From Octopus vulgaris (Eukaryota): a DNA stretch of 64,000 nucleotides. The stretch covers positions 29,140,001 to 29,204,000 of the forward strand of contig OX597836.1 of the NCBI GenBank assembly GCA_951406725.2, written 5' to 3'. The notes beneath the pieces were generated by a model, which was not told where the DNA came from, did not search any database, and saw nothing but the letters and a program-made list of their open reading frames with translations. This document shows, piece by piece, positions 63,217 through 64,000 of this stretch. A program made the position numbers and the translations under genes. Numbering within the stretch: the stretch's first letter is position 1; every line of letters starts with the position of its first letter.

Positions 63217-63433
63217 CGAGGGCTTGCTGAAAAGTTTCTGGCTTTGGGTAAAAGAAAATACAGGAGGATCAGATAATTATGATTTTATACAACATATCCC
63301 CCTCTCAGATTCACACGCTCATTGCTGCGGTCCTTCAGTTTTTCTAATCCCTGTAAAAGAACTCGGAAGCGTGGATCTCCAACCAAGTCATTCACGATAC
63401 TCTTAAAGCCAGGAAATTTTCAGCAACCTCTCA
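63217..63433. mobile_element. mariner-type MITE; a related end lies at about 18563-18627
   Basis: TIRs CGAGGGCTTGCTGAAAAGTTTCTGGCTTT / AAAGCCAGGAAATTTTCAGCAACCTCTCA. Confidence 0.7.
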
Positions 63434-63702
63434 TACAAACATATATATAGAAGACAATTTCCACTTAAAACCAGTTTGTTGGATGTAAATTTGACACAGC
63501 AGAACAATCTAAGGGACATAACTCTGGAAAGTCGAAAGCTAGCTTGGTGTATTCCGGACCACATAGTTCTGGCTTCAGTCCCACTGCAGGGCATCTTGAG
63601 CAAAGTGTCTTCTACTATAAGCCTCGGGCGAATGAAAGCCTTGTGAGTGGATTTGGAAGGCGGAAACTGAAAGAAGCCCGTCATATATATGTGTGTATAT
63701 AT

Positions 63703-63932
63703 AAGGCAGCGGGCTGGCAGAGACGTTAGCACGCCGGGCGAAATGCGTAGCCGTATTTCGTCTGCCGTTATGTTCTGAGTTCAAATTCCGCCGAGGCCGA
63801 CTTTGCCTTTCATCCTTTCGGGGTCGATAAATTAAGTACCAGTGACGCACTGGGGTCGATGTAATCGACTTAATCCCTTTGTCTGTCCTTGTTTGTTCCC
63901 TCTGTGTTTAGCCCCTTGTGGGTAGTAAAGAA
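63703..63932 (+). mobile_element. tRNA-derived SINE family 1 nested in the (TA)n/(TG)n tract of a family 2 SINE
   Basis: Family 2 body at 63555-63700 resumes after 63932. Confidence 0.8.
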
Positions 63933-64000
63933 ATATATATATATGTGTATATGTATGTGTGTGTGTCTGTTCGTTCCTCACAACCGCTTGACAACCGGTA

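Overview
AT-rich, repeat-dense eukaryotic (animal) genomic DNA. The SINE families, microsatellite load and gene content point to an octopus/cephalopod genome (inference). Four protein-coding genes can be assembled by hand with GT-AG junctions and consistent phases: (1) a single-coding-exon C2H2 zinc-finger gene (5325-6074, +); (2) a 4-exon twin-CX9C mitochondrial COX assembly gene CMC1 (14583-19710, +, 123 aa), missed by the ORF track; (3,4) two convergent, 4-exon fatty-acid-binding-protein (iLBP/FABP)-like paralogues (A 31619-37428, +, 138 aa; B 59292-43723, -, 137 aa; about 61% identical by my manual count). The rest is SINEs, LINE fragments (RTE, CR1), mariner/Tc1/hAT/piggyBac/Merlin-type MITEs, Helitrons, Penelope-like fragments and microsatellites. 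The most notable observations are: a non-canonical ligand pocket and divergent portal region in the FABP pair; an essentially perfect copy of paralogue A's last-exon end inside paralogue B's last intron; a 97%-identical inverted repeat between the two genes; hammerhead-ribozyme-like motifs (one with an intact core); four different GG-ended elements with 8-bp target duplications, three next to first exons; and several near-perfect intronic hairpins. All coordinates were read by eye and repeat boundaries are approximate.
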